From Tubiluchus corallicola (lineage: Eukaryota > Animalia > Priapulida), in assembly GCA_030141605.1 (NCBI GenBank), contig JAQGDQ010000076.1:558001-622000 (forward strand): a stretch of DNA of 64,000 nucleotides, given 5' to 3'. Below the pieces are notes generated by a model. That model did not search any database. It worked only from the letters and a program-made list of their open reading frames with translations, and had not been told where the DNA came from. The translations under genes and the position numbers were made by a program. The stretch's first letter is position 1, and the number at the start of each line of letters is the position of its first letter. Positions 11,401 through 24,138 of this stretch are shown here, piece by piece.

Positions 11401-14400
11401 AAGAAATTCACCGTTAACTACAATAAGCCTAATACGCATTGTTAAAACAGTTTATATGTTGATGATCTTGTGGCTATATCGAATGCTTTTGCAATAAAAA
11501 GAATGTCTAACACAGGTGTAGATTATGTGCAGCTTTATGGCGCGTTCAGATGTAGAGACTTCTCTCGCAATTTGTTGGGCAATTTCTCTCTGGGAGAAAT
11601 TGCCAAGCCGTTCACACGTTGCAACAAGTTGCGGGAGAAGTTTCTACGTCTGATCGCGACATTAAAATAATCCAGCTTTATAAATTAGATTGAACAATTG
11701 GGAAGAATGCTTCATTTCGGCTTCAGCAGAGACTGCAGCGAATTAAGTCAAAATTTGCTGCAATTAAATTCTAGTTAAAAGTAAAAAATCTTCAGGTACC
11801 AAAGTTATCGATTAGACAGCACAGTTTATTTCATTGCCTTAGGAATAATTTTATTAATTTTTATTTCTCAAGCACCCAAGTTTGAACGACAAGGTTTGTA
11901 ACAAACATAACACGTATTTACTATGTGAATGAGTTTTGTGTTGAAATGTATGTGTTTATCGTTGTATTATTTGAATTTGTATCGTATAATGTACCGATAA
12001 CAATGTATTGATATTTGTACTGATATATTATTATATTATTATGATATATTATTATATATCTAATTTGTTTTATGTCGTTTGTAATAGTGCATTAGTTTTA
12101 TATTCAAATGTTTGTGTTTGATGTGCTTGTACTATCTGTTTTTTAACTTAACACTATTGCAAACATCTGTTAATTTCAACTTGTTTATATTTGTTTATTT
12201 ATTTATTTATGTATTTATTTATCTATTTTTTACTAATGCATGAATAATATACGAAGTCAAATAAAAAATTTAAACTAAAAGCCTTTTACCGTATAAGAGC
12301 TGCTCCATTAGTACCATATTTATCTTCCTGATATAATATTGAAATGTACTTCCATCCATAATACTTGATGACTTCCATCATAACGTCAACCTGAAAATAT
12401 GTGACTAATTTATTCAGCATTCACGAATCATTCATTACCTTGGCAATACTTAACTGCGTTTACTTGCGTACGAAAAATATAATTGTCTTAAACCTAGCTA
12501 TATTATTACAAAAATATATAATACGCTTAGAATTGTGACTTCTTGTCAATTTGCTGGCAAGACAGTTGCCAATTTGTGGCTTGACATTAAATCAGCTTTT
12601 AATATGATACCTGAAATAAGCAAAAAATCAAAACACGCGCCACCTGAGGCTTGTTCGTTATTTCGTGCACAATAATTGATGCTCGCTTTATATAGTGCAG
12701 TAATGATTATAATGACAATTCACAAATACACACACCCCTTCATATAACTACATGAAACAAAAACTATAGATACAAGCTGAAAGAGCAAAGAGATATTTAG
12801 TGTGACATTCAGGCCTTGCAACATGAAAGTAAACATTTAACATGAGGCTAACAAAACATTTCCTTTGACTTCCACATCAAATTTCATAACAGGTCCATTT
12901 GAGATCGCATTAGAGCACTGAAAATCAAAATATTTTTATGGGAATTTAATGCATGCGTTTGCTTTTACCAGTATTGTAACACACGTTATTCTGAAAAGCT
13001 AAGTTTTCACAAATATTGAGCTGAAACTGTTGAGGAAGGTGTAAGATGCTTCAAGGATAAAAAAATCCCAATAAGCCCTGCTTTATTCGACCATTAAATC
13101 TTACAGTCATACATAGTTAAACAATGAAATGAAGCCTTTCATTTTGTTGTGATACAATCTTGACTACAGGTCCCGAATAGCTGTGCAATCATGAGTAAAA
13201 GATAATTTTGAAAGTCAAAAGTATAAATTCCTGAGCATCGGTATTTATCATTAACACGAGTGGATGTTTAGAGATTTACACTTACAACAACACAGCTACA
13301 AGAATAAGTAACACGCACATAACGAAGAACACGAACCCGAATCCGAAAGTTTCTGTTGTCCATTCCGCCAGTTGACACATGACACAGCAAGTCAGATGGA
13401 GTACATAACAGGGTACCCAATAAATACAAAAGAGCAAAAATTCTAATAAGGATCAACCCCCCCCCCCAAAAAAAAAATCCAAAATTTTCAAGAATTTTAG
13501 GCATTGATTGTATAAGTAATTTCCATTCTTCATAGTTGCCAAGTTCCTACGTTCACAAGTTCAATAATTCTTAACGTAGAGACATGTCCGCTCATATTAA
13601 GATGCTTCACTAAGACTCCCTTTACACCGAGATAGCTCAGACATACACATGAGTAACTCAAACGTAGCTTCGAGAATTTCAGCTAGCGCAAATGCCTATA
13701 TTACAGGCATGAATATCTAAACTATAAACTATATTGGTCAATGAGATTAAATCAAGCGTCTTATTTATATCACATGTAATTAATTTATAACACATTCCAT
13801 CGTACTTGTTATACCTGATCTGTACAATGCACATGTTCATATTTCAACAATAAAATTATGCTTATTTCATTAACATGACGTCTTGAAAAGAAGACAATAA
13901 ACTCTCTCGAATTATTAATAATGAAGCAATTAGTGTAAAAGTACGACTTCATATATACGTAATGCGTGTTGTGTGATCCGTATTCACTCGAACGCAGTTT
14001 TCTTTAGCGAGTTTTCAAGTTTCGTTATTTCGCTTTCTGGAAATTCTGGTTTTGTTTACTGCAATGCGTACAGACAATAATATTTCGTCTATTTGAGTTT
14101 ATGAGGGCAGATGGAAGAAGCATATAATTATGTGTAATGCATCTAGTCTCCGTTCTTTCAGTAACTGACGATACGCGCGAGCCGTATTGTTCTCTTTCCT
14201 GCAAAATGTTGTACACCCAAAACCTCTGCTTTCTTTTCTGTCTAATAATACAATAATAAGCTGATGAGGCCGCTGAGATTATTACGCTGAATTTTCGACA
14301 GAGCCATGGCTTCTAAAAAATATGACATGTAATTTTCACGAACAGCGATCAAAACGTGGCGGAAAGAGCGCCGTGACTTTTGTTAATACGCATAGCGTTC

Positions 14401-16337
14401 ACGGAGACATGGAAACAATCAATACGCATCACGCATTACGGATTACGTTTACATATCACACATTACGCATTACGTGCATAAGGTCTTTGAAAGATGTGAA
14501 TTTACGTTTTTCACGAACTTACCAGTACTCATTTATTAAGAACTTACTTGTATTCATTTAATACGAGCTTACCTGAATTCTGTCAGGTACAAAAGTGCGG
14601 AAAAAATACGGAAATTTTCTTTTGTCACTCAGTTCATCACTTGAGGAGGCATAGCTAATCTGAGGTATCTCGTAGAGACTTAACAGATAGCTAGCAAAAG
14701 TTGATGTGGTACTGAATAATGCGCCAACAACCCCCACAACGTTGTCTGAAAAGCGGTCAAGGATTAGTAAAGATTATGGGCTGACAGATTGTGAAATAAT
14801 GAAAGCGAGTCAGAAATAATCAATAAAGTGAGTTCAATAATCAATACCTAGATATTAATTTACGGCCATGTGACTCGTGTCACGAGTTAATATTACCGTG
14901 TAATTTATAAAAAACCGTAAAACAGCGTGTAAAATTGTTGTTATTAATTAAGTTAATATCAGTTAATGCGCCAGTGAAATGTCTTATCCTCTCCGGCTCT
15001 CTCCGGCCAGTAGTTGGAAGCATACTGGTAACAATACACTGCATCACCTAGTGTTAGCAAATAAAAAGAATTCGGCTTATCTTCAGCCTCCTTTTGTCGC
15101 GAGATGAAAGGGCTGATTTCTCCCTTTATAACGCAGAGCGTTTGCGAGTGTTTTCACTGGCAGTCGTTCGCAGAAGAGGTTTCCAAAATTTTTGCACGAC
15201 TGTTGATCAAGAAAATGTGGTTATGCTCTTTATGTTAATAAACTTGAATATTTTTCTTTGGGTGAACTTTTAAGTGTCTTTTGTGACCACGGCTTTAGAT
15301 TTTGGATTGGGTCTACGTCTGCACAGTTAACGACAGAAATAGTGTCATCGCTTCGTCACAAAAGCACTCGCTCGAAACTAACGTAGGTTTCGTAAAAAAT
15401 TCCCAAGACTTTCAAATATTTGCAGGACCAGGACTTTTCAATTTTGCTTAAATCCAGCATTATCAGTTGCAACCAAAAAGCGACTACTTCAGACTGAGTT
15501 GCATGAAAATCGAAGTTCCCATAAGAAAAGATCTTACTGAACGGATTAGCTGGAAAGCTAAAATTTCTGTAGAATTTTACATATTATCAGACACTAAGAG
15601 ATATAATGTATGATTGAACTATGGCATATTGGCCTGAGACATTCCTTTTAAAACTTAATTATGCGATTTTAAATAAATAACTAAGAAATATAGACTTTTA
15701 ATTCGAAATATCATGAGTGTGATTTTAAATCTTTTACTACAAAAACGCAATGAAAGTTTTATGAATAATGCTTTATGCATGTTCCTAGTTTTCTCAAACT
15801 AATTTTATTTCGGAATAAATAAAATTTATTTTCTGGTGTGATTTTTACTTTTTCAGTGAGACAGTAAGCTAGTTGCATTGACAGTTACTCTAAAGGTGAC
15901 CATTTTTACATGAACATTTGTGAACACATAAGCGAGTATGCCTTAAAATCCCTGTTCTTACCGTCTATATTTTCTGTTGGTAAAAACTGTAAAGTATTAG
16001 CCAAGACCGTTCTACTGGCCATGCAAGTATCAAAAATCCGCCAACCCAGTGAGATATTTGGTAGTAAGTTATTGTCATTGTTTATCTGTTCAACTGCAAA
16101 AACCATAGAGTACATAAACGACACTGCACTAGTGTGAATCTTCGCCGAGCAAAATTCGTCCGTCTCAATTGAGTATTCATGCAGCGGAAACAGACCTCCT
16201 AAAATCAACGAACCTCTTTGCTCAAAAGAGTAGGACGGTAGATTAGAAACCGGCAGAAATCCGCAAATGCCAGTATCAATGATGATAGTCGCCAAGCTTA
16301 ATATCAACACATTCTCCAAGTTATTATGTTTGTACAT
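5811..16337 (-). CDS. Class C GPCR (metabotropic glutamate receptor-like), paralogue A, ~852 aa
   Basis: Exons 16337-15962, 14745-14573, 12390-12290, 7885-6487 and 6320-5811, all GT-AG, total 2559 nt in frame. Signal peptide, Venus flytrap motifs (LGGLFPLH, LLPNISLG..IFDTC, IPQISY.SSS.ELSDK..FPYFFRT, VNAVYAFAYAL), 9-Cys CRD (SVCSHPC..CCWQC..C) and 7TM (IKACSREL, TNRIYRIF, TRKLPDNFNESRFI). Confidence 0.93.
8778..8918. repeat. GA-rich purine tract / (GA)n
   Basis: gagagagag and ggga runs abutting the 3' end of the LINE remnant. Confidence 0.85.
8920..10760 (-). mobile_element. 5'-truncated, frameshifted non-LTR retrotransposon (LINE) in intron 3 of GPCR A
   Basis: Minus-strand RT motifs DFKKAFDSVW, GLPQGSVLSPILL and FKYADDS (YADD at ~10362-10373), then KTTVLPTLLYAA. 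AATAAA lies near 8942-8947 on the minus strand. Confidence 0.88.
11090..11500 (+). mobile_element. Highly decayed reverse-transcriptase fragment
   Basis: LYVDDLVAI (YxDD motif) at ~11452-11478, with a QQG-like segment at ~11283; frames are broken. Confidence 0.4.
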
Positions 16338-19300
16338 CTTCGCATTAACTTAACAACTGAATCTTGTTTCACCGCTGCGACAGAACTCGTAATGATACAT
16401 TACAGGCAATCTTTTCCGGGCACGTTCACGCAGCAGTTTTTGCAGCAAATCTCGAAAATTGCTGCCGAGTGATTTAGAGCTGACCAGTCATATTCCGACA
16501 TGACGTTATGCACAACTAAAAGCTTCAGACATTCGATGAAAAGCTGAGAACGTTGTTCTGCACTAATTCGTGGAGACATTTCGAAGTATTTCGAAAACGC
16601 AGCATATGCTAAGCCTTAGTCGTTATTACAATTTTGCCTTGAACTTTCACGATAATACAAGATCCCTCGTGAAATCCGCCATCTTACAATTGATTGTATG
16701 CCTCACGTAGCTAACTTAGCTACTTAGCTAAACTCAAATGGCATCAACACCACACACAAGCAACTGCAAATCATACAATCTACAATGGCACACGGATGCA
16801 AAATTACCACAAAGGAAAATGGTCATCAGGTGACGCACCGGGAAAGGTTTCGGTCGTTACTCTCTATCTTTAAACTCTTCCAGCGGGGACCCAGTTACAT
16901 TGACTGCCCAACCTTCGATGTTAAAGTGATAACTACAGACAAAACACATAATACCACACAGAGAACATCAACTTAAGCCAACTGCAACAATGACAAAAAA
17001 GAGAAGGACCACAAAGCGACAAAAGGCTAGGCAAATTTCTCAATCACAGTTTAGAAGCACTCTGGTCGGGTTCCGTCTAAAGGCTCCTAGTGTTTTTGTC
17101 TACGTTAGCTAAAAATTCCTTTTTTGACAATCAGATAGCTCCCCAAGCTCCAGAACATTTGTGCGTCATATAGAAAGATATCATTTTAAATTTCTGCCAG
17201 TAAACCAAACAATTGGATGGATATTTCCAACTTGATTGAAGCTTTAATCAGTCTAATTACAAATGAATACATTGAAATTCGCAGGATAATTTTAAAGGTT
17301 CGACTTCATTTATGGAGCGATGTGGACCGTGTTAAATAGTATCATTTCACTATTAATTGTATAGTCTTTATTGCATTGTAAACTGAGTATCTTCTTATAC
17401 TGCATTATTAACTGTACAACTTCTTATACTATATCCAAATAAAGTAATAGTCACCTTGGACAGTGCTACTTCATTTTCTGACAATTCTTGTTGACACAAA
17501 GTACGTCTTCTTTCATAGAGACAATAATTTTTGTAAACAGAACTTGATGCACAAAATTTGGTGTCATGTTTTTTTCAAGTACTCAAATCGATTAGTAAAC
17601 TAATGACTAACTATTGAATGGACTTTTGGAATTTCCCACTTGAATTTGTTTTCTTTAATGATGTTAGCCCCGTCAAAAACAAGACTTTTCTTCCTGAAAA
17701 CAAATTAGGTATTGACGTCTACAGCTTAGTCGCTGACTGTGGAGTCAGGTGGCAATGATGGTATGAAAAAGTAAAAGCTTCTTCACCATAACTCATGTTC
17801 CGATGCCAAACTTGAAGGGTGTCTTCAAAATGGCTTTTTGATGAAAGCTATTGGGAGTTATCCTTTCCTTGATTTTTTTATGCAACTTTATATAACAGGA
17901 CTTTCAGTGTTTTTTTCAAGGTTTTCTTCGATTAATTAATTTAGTTCATGTTTGGTTGTTATATGCCCTTTCGATTTAATCCTCTTCTTTTAATTTTTGT
18001 AGGTCATTTTTTTGTCTTTTCTTTTGTTTAGCCATTTCATTTCATTCCCAATGCGTTTTACTTTTTCCATCAATGTTAATCTATCTCTCCTTTCTATTGA
18101 ACTTTCAGCACCGCCTCGTATCGAAATAGTGTTCTTTCGTTGTTGAGATTAGGTTGTTTACGTTTGCGGCTTTCTATTTATTTTATTTTCTAAAAATAGT
18201 ATTTTTAAACTTACATAAAAATTTTAGTTTTATTCTTATTTATATATTCCTTTTTAAACAGATCAGAAGGCCCGGTGCCAAGTACTTACTCGTGTTGTTG
18301 TTGTTGTTCTCTGTTTTATACACACTTCATAAAAAGCGCCGGGGCTTCGTAATGATCGGTCACTATCAAATCTGGCAGTTACATTGGGGAAGTACCTACA
18401 GTGCTACACAGTTACTATAACGTAGAGTTTTTCGACTTTCCAACTTAGGGGATACTTTGACACAGGAAAGTGCTACTTTTCAAAAAATGAATGTTAGCAT
18501 CTACACATGTATACCAAGGGCGTAACAGAACCCGAATTTCGGTTTTCTCCCAAGGAATGTCAGGTGGGTAACTCCGTAAAATTCCAGGCTACTACTTCCC
18601 CACCATATCTTCATGCAACTAAATACGGTTGAAATCGTCGGTTTTCGATGCTGACATCTACGCGTACGTATCAGGTGCATAGTGGCGTTCAAATTTTGAT
18701 TTTCCTGCTTGATTTGACATGTAAAAAGCTTGAGGAAATATTTGTTAAGTTTGAATGACATTTTTATATCTTCGAATTCTTTTCTGTTTTGGCAATCCGT
18801 TTCAGTATCATTTGCATATATCCTTGAAATATTAACTATAAATCAATGCAGATATCACATGGTCAGTATGGTTTCATCTGCATCTGGCTTTTTCACGAGT
18901 TCTGGGAAGGTGTATACATATTCGAACGCTGATAAAACAATACTGCCAGCTCAGTGCCTGTGCTCTCTTGTTTTCGAGAATTACCTAAAGTGAGTTATTC
19001 TATTTTGGAGTACTGTTTCTCATCTGAAAGCTGTTTGTCACGAATGAGCTATTTGAAGACATACAATTACCAATTACAATATGGGGACTAGCTTAAGGCC
19101 TTCGGAAATTTACTCATTCGACAATGTAAACAGCCAAAATCATCAAATATAGCAAATAAAACTTCCATGAACAAGTGCTGAACCCAAGCAATCGCGAACC
19201 ATTCCCTGATTGGCCTTGACGAAGGTTGACTTCAAAAGCACACGCCGGGACCACTCGGGAATTCTTCTCACCACGTTATTGATTAATTTGAATAATGATT

Positions 19301-19769
19301 TTGCTTCTATAAGCCTGTCATTATGAAGCTACGGAGACGTTCAAGTGGTGTTTGTCAAACCAGCAAAAAACCTGTTCAATAGCAGTTTGATGAAATATGC
19401 AATTACACTGCATGGTGCGCGTTTCTTGAAACGACAACAACAATTCATGCAATGTGATGCATATCCATCAGTTCTAGAAGTTGTTCTTCCATTTCAGGTG
19501 CCACATTACTTACTTTAGCCATTTCTATAAGACTGCTACTGCCATCACATCACCAGATCCTTCTGTGCAGCAATCCAAGCACCTTGTTTTTATGTATAAT
19601 TCAGTTTTTGCAGATATATTTTATTTTGCTGCAATCAGTCCAATAATTGTACGGTCATTGAGGCAATGTTATCTTACAAAAAAGCGTATGTTTATATTAA
19701 GCATGTTGTATATATTCAAAATTATAGTTATTATTAATTAATTATAAATTATTGTTAATAAACAAATTG

Positions 19770-19871
<102 letters not shown>

Positions 19872-19911
19872 GCTTAATTGTTAATAAACAAACTGACATT
19901 TTTAATCTTAC

Positions 19912-20287
19912 CCTCTGCGTTTTGTTTTGGTAAAAACTTCAAAGTCTCGGCCAAAGCAGTTTTACCATCTGTGCAAGTATCGAGAATCTTCCAACCCAGT
20001 GAGACATTCGGCAATAATTTTGAGTTGTTGTTTATCCGCTCAATGGCAAAAACCATGGAGTACACTGACGGTAGTAAATCAATATAAATTTTTGTTGAAC
20101 AGTACTTGTCTGCATCTAGTGAATACTCGTGCACTGGAAACAAACCCCCTAAATTCAGCTGACCACTTTGTTCAAAAGAGTAGGATGGCAAATTCGAAAC
20201 AAGCTGAAATCCACAAATACAAACTCTAGAAATCTGTAAAGTGAATGCAAATCGAATCAGTAACATCTCGGCGTTGCACTTATACAT
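19912..20287 (-). CDS. Second (distal) first coding exon for class C GPCR A: alternative exon 1 or orphan duplicate
   Basis: ATG at 20287; MYKCNAEMLL...LPSYSFEQSGQLNLGGLFPVHEY...LLPNVSLGWKILDTC...LKFLPKQNAE; donor G|GTAAG at 19911. It is 376 nt and phase 1, the same as the proximal exon 1. I found no exon-2 copy between 16337 and 19912. Confidence 0.85.
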
Positions 20288-23254
20288 TTTTGTGCTTCGA
20301 CTCCTTTGCAGTTTGAATTTCAAGTGCAAAGTTTCTTACACGTATCGCAGTTTAAAAGCGAGGCTTTTGCACGTAATCCCAGGAAATTACTGCGCAGTGA
20401 TATAAAGACTGTCAGTTTTGTTCAGAACGCGTAAACATCTGAAGATAAGAAATAATGAAAAGGCAAACGTAATCTCGTGCACCGTATTACGTGATATCAG
20501 GTATTATTAAAACGCTATCAAGTGTTTCAGATTTTGACAATGATGTAATAACTGATGAAGCTTATAGATTAAAAAATTGATGCGTTTATTACTAATTTTT
20601 CAAAGGAGATTAGAAATGTCAGTCTCTCTGAAACAGTGATAAATATTTCTCTAGGGTTTTTGGAACGACTTTATTTATTTAACAAATAGCTTGCCATGTA
20701 GATGCGATAATATGCAAATAATGCAGTTTGTTGTGAATTAGAGCTAACGATTAATAAATTAATGCTTTCCAAAATCTCTCCAAAATCTTCCAAAAGGAAA
20801 TTTCAATTACAAAGTTTGCGTAACAGTTAATGACAGAAAGCAGAAAATTTTTATCTATGAGAAATTACTAACATTAAAATTCACTAGTTTAAGCATTTTG
20901 AAATTTATAAATTTACTGAAAAAGTTAAGACTCGGAGGGCAGGCTCCATCCGGGCCGGATTCAGCAAGCGGCCTTTAGCATGGAGACTCCAAGGTTGAAC
21001 TTGTCACGAGAGTTGATGTCCGAGTACAGCGCAGAGCTTCTAATGCGAGTATGTTACGTTTTTAACAGCTACTGGTAAACATCTTTTGTTTGCTACAAAC
21101 TCGCGTCAGATGGCTGTTTTCCAGCAGCTTCACTAACAATCAAGATGACAACCACAACACAATAACACATCCAGATTGTATCAGTTCTTCATAAGCCACT
21201 CTACCATATCAAGTTCAAAAGACCTATCACAAAAACAAGTCTACTGCTTCAGAAGAGAGATCTTATCAGCACGAGTTATAGTTAAGACTTCGTGCACATA
21301 TGAAAAAATTACTTATTTACACACATCGTTAAAATTTTCTTGTAAGTAAATGTTTTTTGTAGTCCCATTTCCAAATTTGTAAGCGTTATACACATCTGTA
21401 CCCCTCATAAAATTTTATTTTTTCGTTTTTGGTTTTCTTTGCAGATAATAGTCTTTAACTTTATTTCAAACTAGTAAACATTATGCAATCTTTCTTTAAT
21501 GTTCCAAAAGTTTGGCTTAATTGTAAAAATTTTTGGTTTCAATGAAAAACTCATTTCTTCGCATGCGTGCTTCATTCTGGTTCGCGAAATGCAATTTATT
21601 TTCGATCCCCTCCCTCGTTGTGATGGTCTCGTCCGTACGATGCCATTACATAATGGGGTTGACTACCAGGTATAAAACCGTAGCTATGAAATGGTCTCGT
21701 CGGTAAGAAGGCTAACGGATAAGTGAGTATTCCGTCTGAGTACCTGTTCCGTAGCTGTACCCGTTCTGTGAGACAACCAGCATGGAACTCAAATAATTAG
21801 ATGTCTGCCGAGTTACTTAAATCTATAACCTTGCCTATTTTACACCTTTTTTGCACTACCATACCGGGACGGAGCAAATCAGCACCATACTGTCAATGTT
21901 ACGCTAATGGAACATTATATCCAGTGGACTATCGAACAATTATTTACATTTAAGTGTGGGTCCTGTGGGAAGTTACTGGGTTGAGTAGTAGCACCGGCCT
22001 CAACTCACGAAACGATGCTGCTTGAATACAAATTAGTTTGCACAGAGGACAATACACAGCCTTTTAATTTTCTTTTAATGTTCATTTTACATTGTGAATT
22101 AATAGGTTGAAGTTGTTTATTACATAACTGTAATGGGGTAGACTCGTTTCCGAGAAAAGCTTTTACCTAGAAAAGGTTTTTGTCAGGCAAAAAAATTCAC
22201 AAACTTTTTGCCTGGAAACGCACTTACTTCGCGCAAAAATCTTCCCCGAAAAAAATTCTCCTAGAATTGCCATTTCATAGGAAATAAAATTCACAGACCT
22301 TTTTTGAAGCGCAGTTATTTATGCGCAATAAAAAATTGTTTATTTATACTAAGTAGGTTGATTAATAGAGATCACATGATAAAAAAATATAGTCCACTCA
22401 TTAATGCAACAAAGTATATTGGAAATGTCAGAATGACAAGGTCGCGAATGATGTTGATGATGTTAATTCTTGCATATACTCAATAGGTAGTGATCACGAC
22501 GTGTGCTTGGCTGCCAAAGTCAAGTAATGCTAAACCTGGCAAGTGATTTGTTGGGAGACCGGTTAGATATCTCACTCATGGACAGTTCCTTTTACTATAA
22601 ATCTGAACTATTTTGTTCGTTTCTCGGTGTATAGGGAAGATGTACATCCGAAAGTGTCTGTGACATCTCTGCCAAGTTTAGTACTTCATCCCTGAAGATT
22701 ATCTTGATAATGAAGTAGGATCTGGTCCTACCATAAAATAGCGTATAAAAGTCTTTTGAAGAAGCATAAATTATTGGGTATGTTAATCCCAAAATATTCA
22801 CAAATCTATATAGTTCGCAAAGCCTTGGTGTTTTCATTTTTAATAATCGTTATACAAATCCGAAGAAAAACAATTGAATTTGAAATGACTATATGCAGCA
22901 AATGATAAACACAAATTACTTTGAGAAAGCAATTTCTTCCTAAAAACAACTTGAAGTAGTAGCAAGGAAGTTTCAATACAATATTCTGCCAAACACTTTT
23001 CTGGGAAACCGCTTAATCTCGTACTGCTGTTGGATTATTGTTGTTACGTTATTTTGTTACATGATAGCTTGTAGTGCTAACATGTAATACAGTCCTGTAT
23101 AAGACCCAGACGGTGGTTAAGGCTTATATCTAGTTAAGATTTGCAAGGGTTGAAGAAAATGTAGAACATATTTTGTGGGGTATTATTTTTGGTCAGAAAA
23201 TCTTCATAACTTCGTTTTACAGATTAGTTAAGTTCTGCAGCAGTTTGTTTATGC

Positions 23255-23330
23255 GTTGCGCAGCGCTGCTCATTTTATAAAGAAATTGAGCATTTGAGCA
23301 GTTTCTCGTCTCACCTGTGGCTCTATAAAA
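23255..23330 (+). promoter_or_regulatory. Putative core promoter of GPCR B, conserved with GPCR C
   Basis: TGCGCAGCGCTGCTCATTTTATAAA (TATA 23276-23281) and TCACCTGT..CTCTAT, mirrored on the minus strand at ~50928-51001. Confidence 0.55.
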
Positions 23331-23447
23331 TTCTTGCCGTCGCTTTAACAACTATTGCTTACACGATAACACGGTACACGGTAACGTTAACGGTAGTGAT
23401 GACATCGTTATTGCATTAGACAAAGGGAATTCATAAAGCTTGCAAGA

Positions 23448-24053
23448 ATGCTCAAAATTTTAATTATATTCGAACTAATATTTGCACCGTTCTTGACGAA
23501 TGCATCTGGATTGAAACCAGTGCCAAACCTTCCATCATATGCTTTTAAACAAAATGGAACGCTGGTTTTGGGAGGTTTGTTTCCACTACATGATCATCCT
23601 GTGACAGCTATTGATTACTGTGCTAAGACGTTTAATCCTGAATTCTTCGAGCTCATGTATTCAATGGTATACGCCATTGAGGAGATAAACAAGAACGGAA
23701 ACTTACTGCCAAATATCACGTTGGGATGGAAGATTCTAGACACTTGTAAAAATGGCAAAACAACCCTGGCTCAAACATTGAAGTTTATTCCAGCTGATAC
23801 GAATGGTAAGCTAATTTCGCTAAGTATAGTCATTATTTATTTCGAAACTTTTGACACAGATGACATTTTTATCTTCAATGTCAATTAATGACGCAGATTA
23901 AAATTTAAACTAATCATTAAACTAATGTGAGTCATCAGCAGCATCAAACCTAAACATTATTATCTCAATAACGTAATGCTATTTTGGTAGTCTGCATCTA
24001 CCTTACCTTATATTACCTTATGTTGCTTTGGCAAAGTAATCTTCTGCCTGAAT

Positions 24054-24138
<85 letters not shown>

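Noticed and set aside
14854-15652. Possible Crypton-like element with the near-palindrome actcgtgtcacgagt
   Set aside because: No coding remnant or definable termini; cannot be supported without other copies.
18760-19480. Possible DNA-transposase remnant (CIFHQTA on the minus strand) between exons 1a and 1b
   Set aside because: A single weak motif with many stops and no termini found; also not similar to GPCR exons 2-5.
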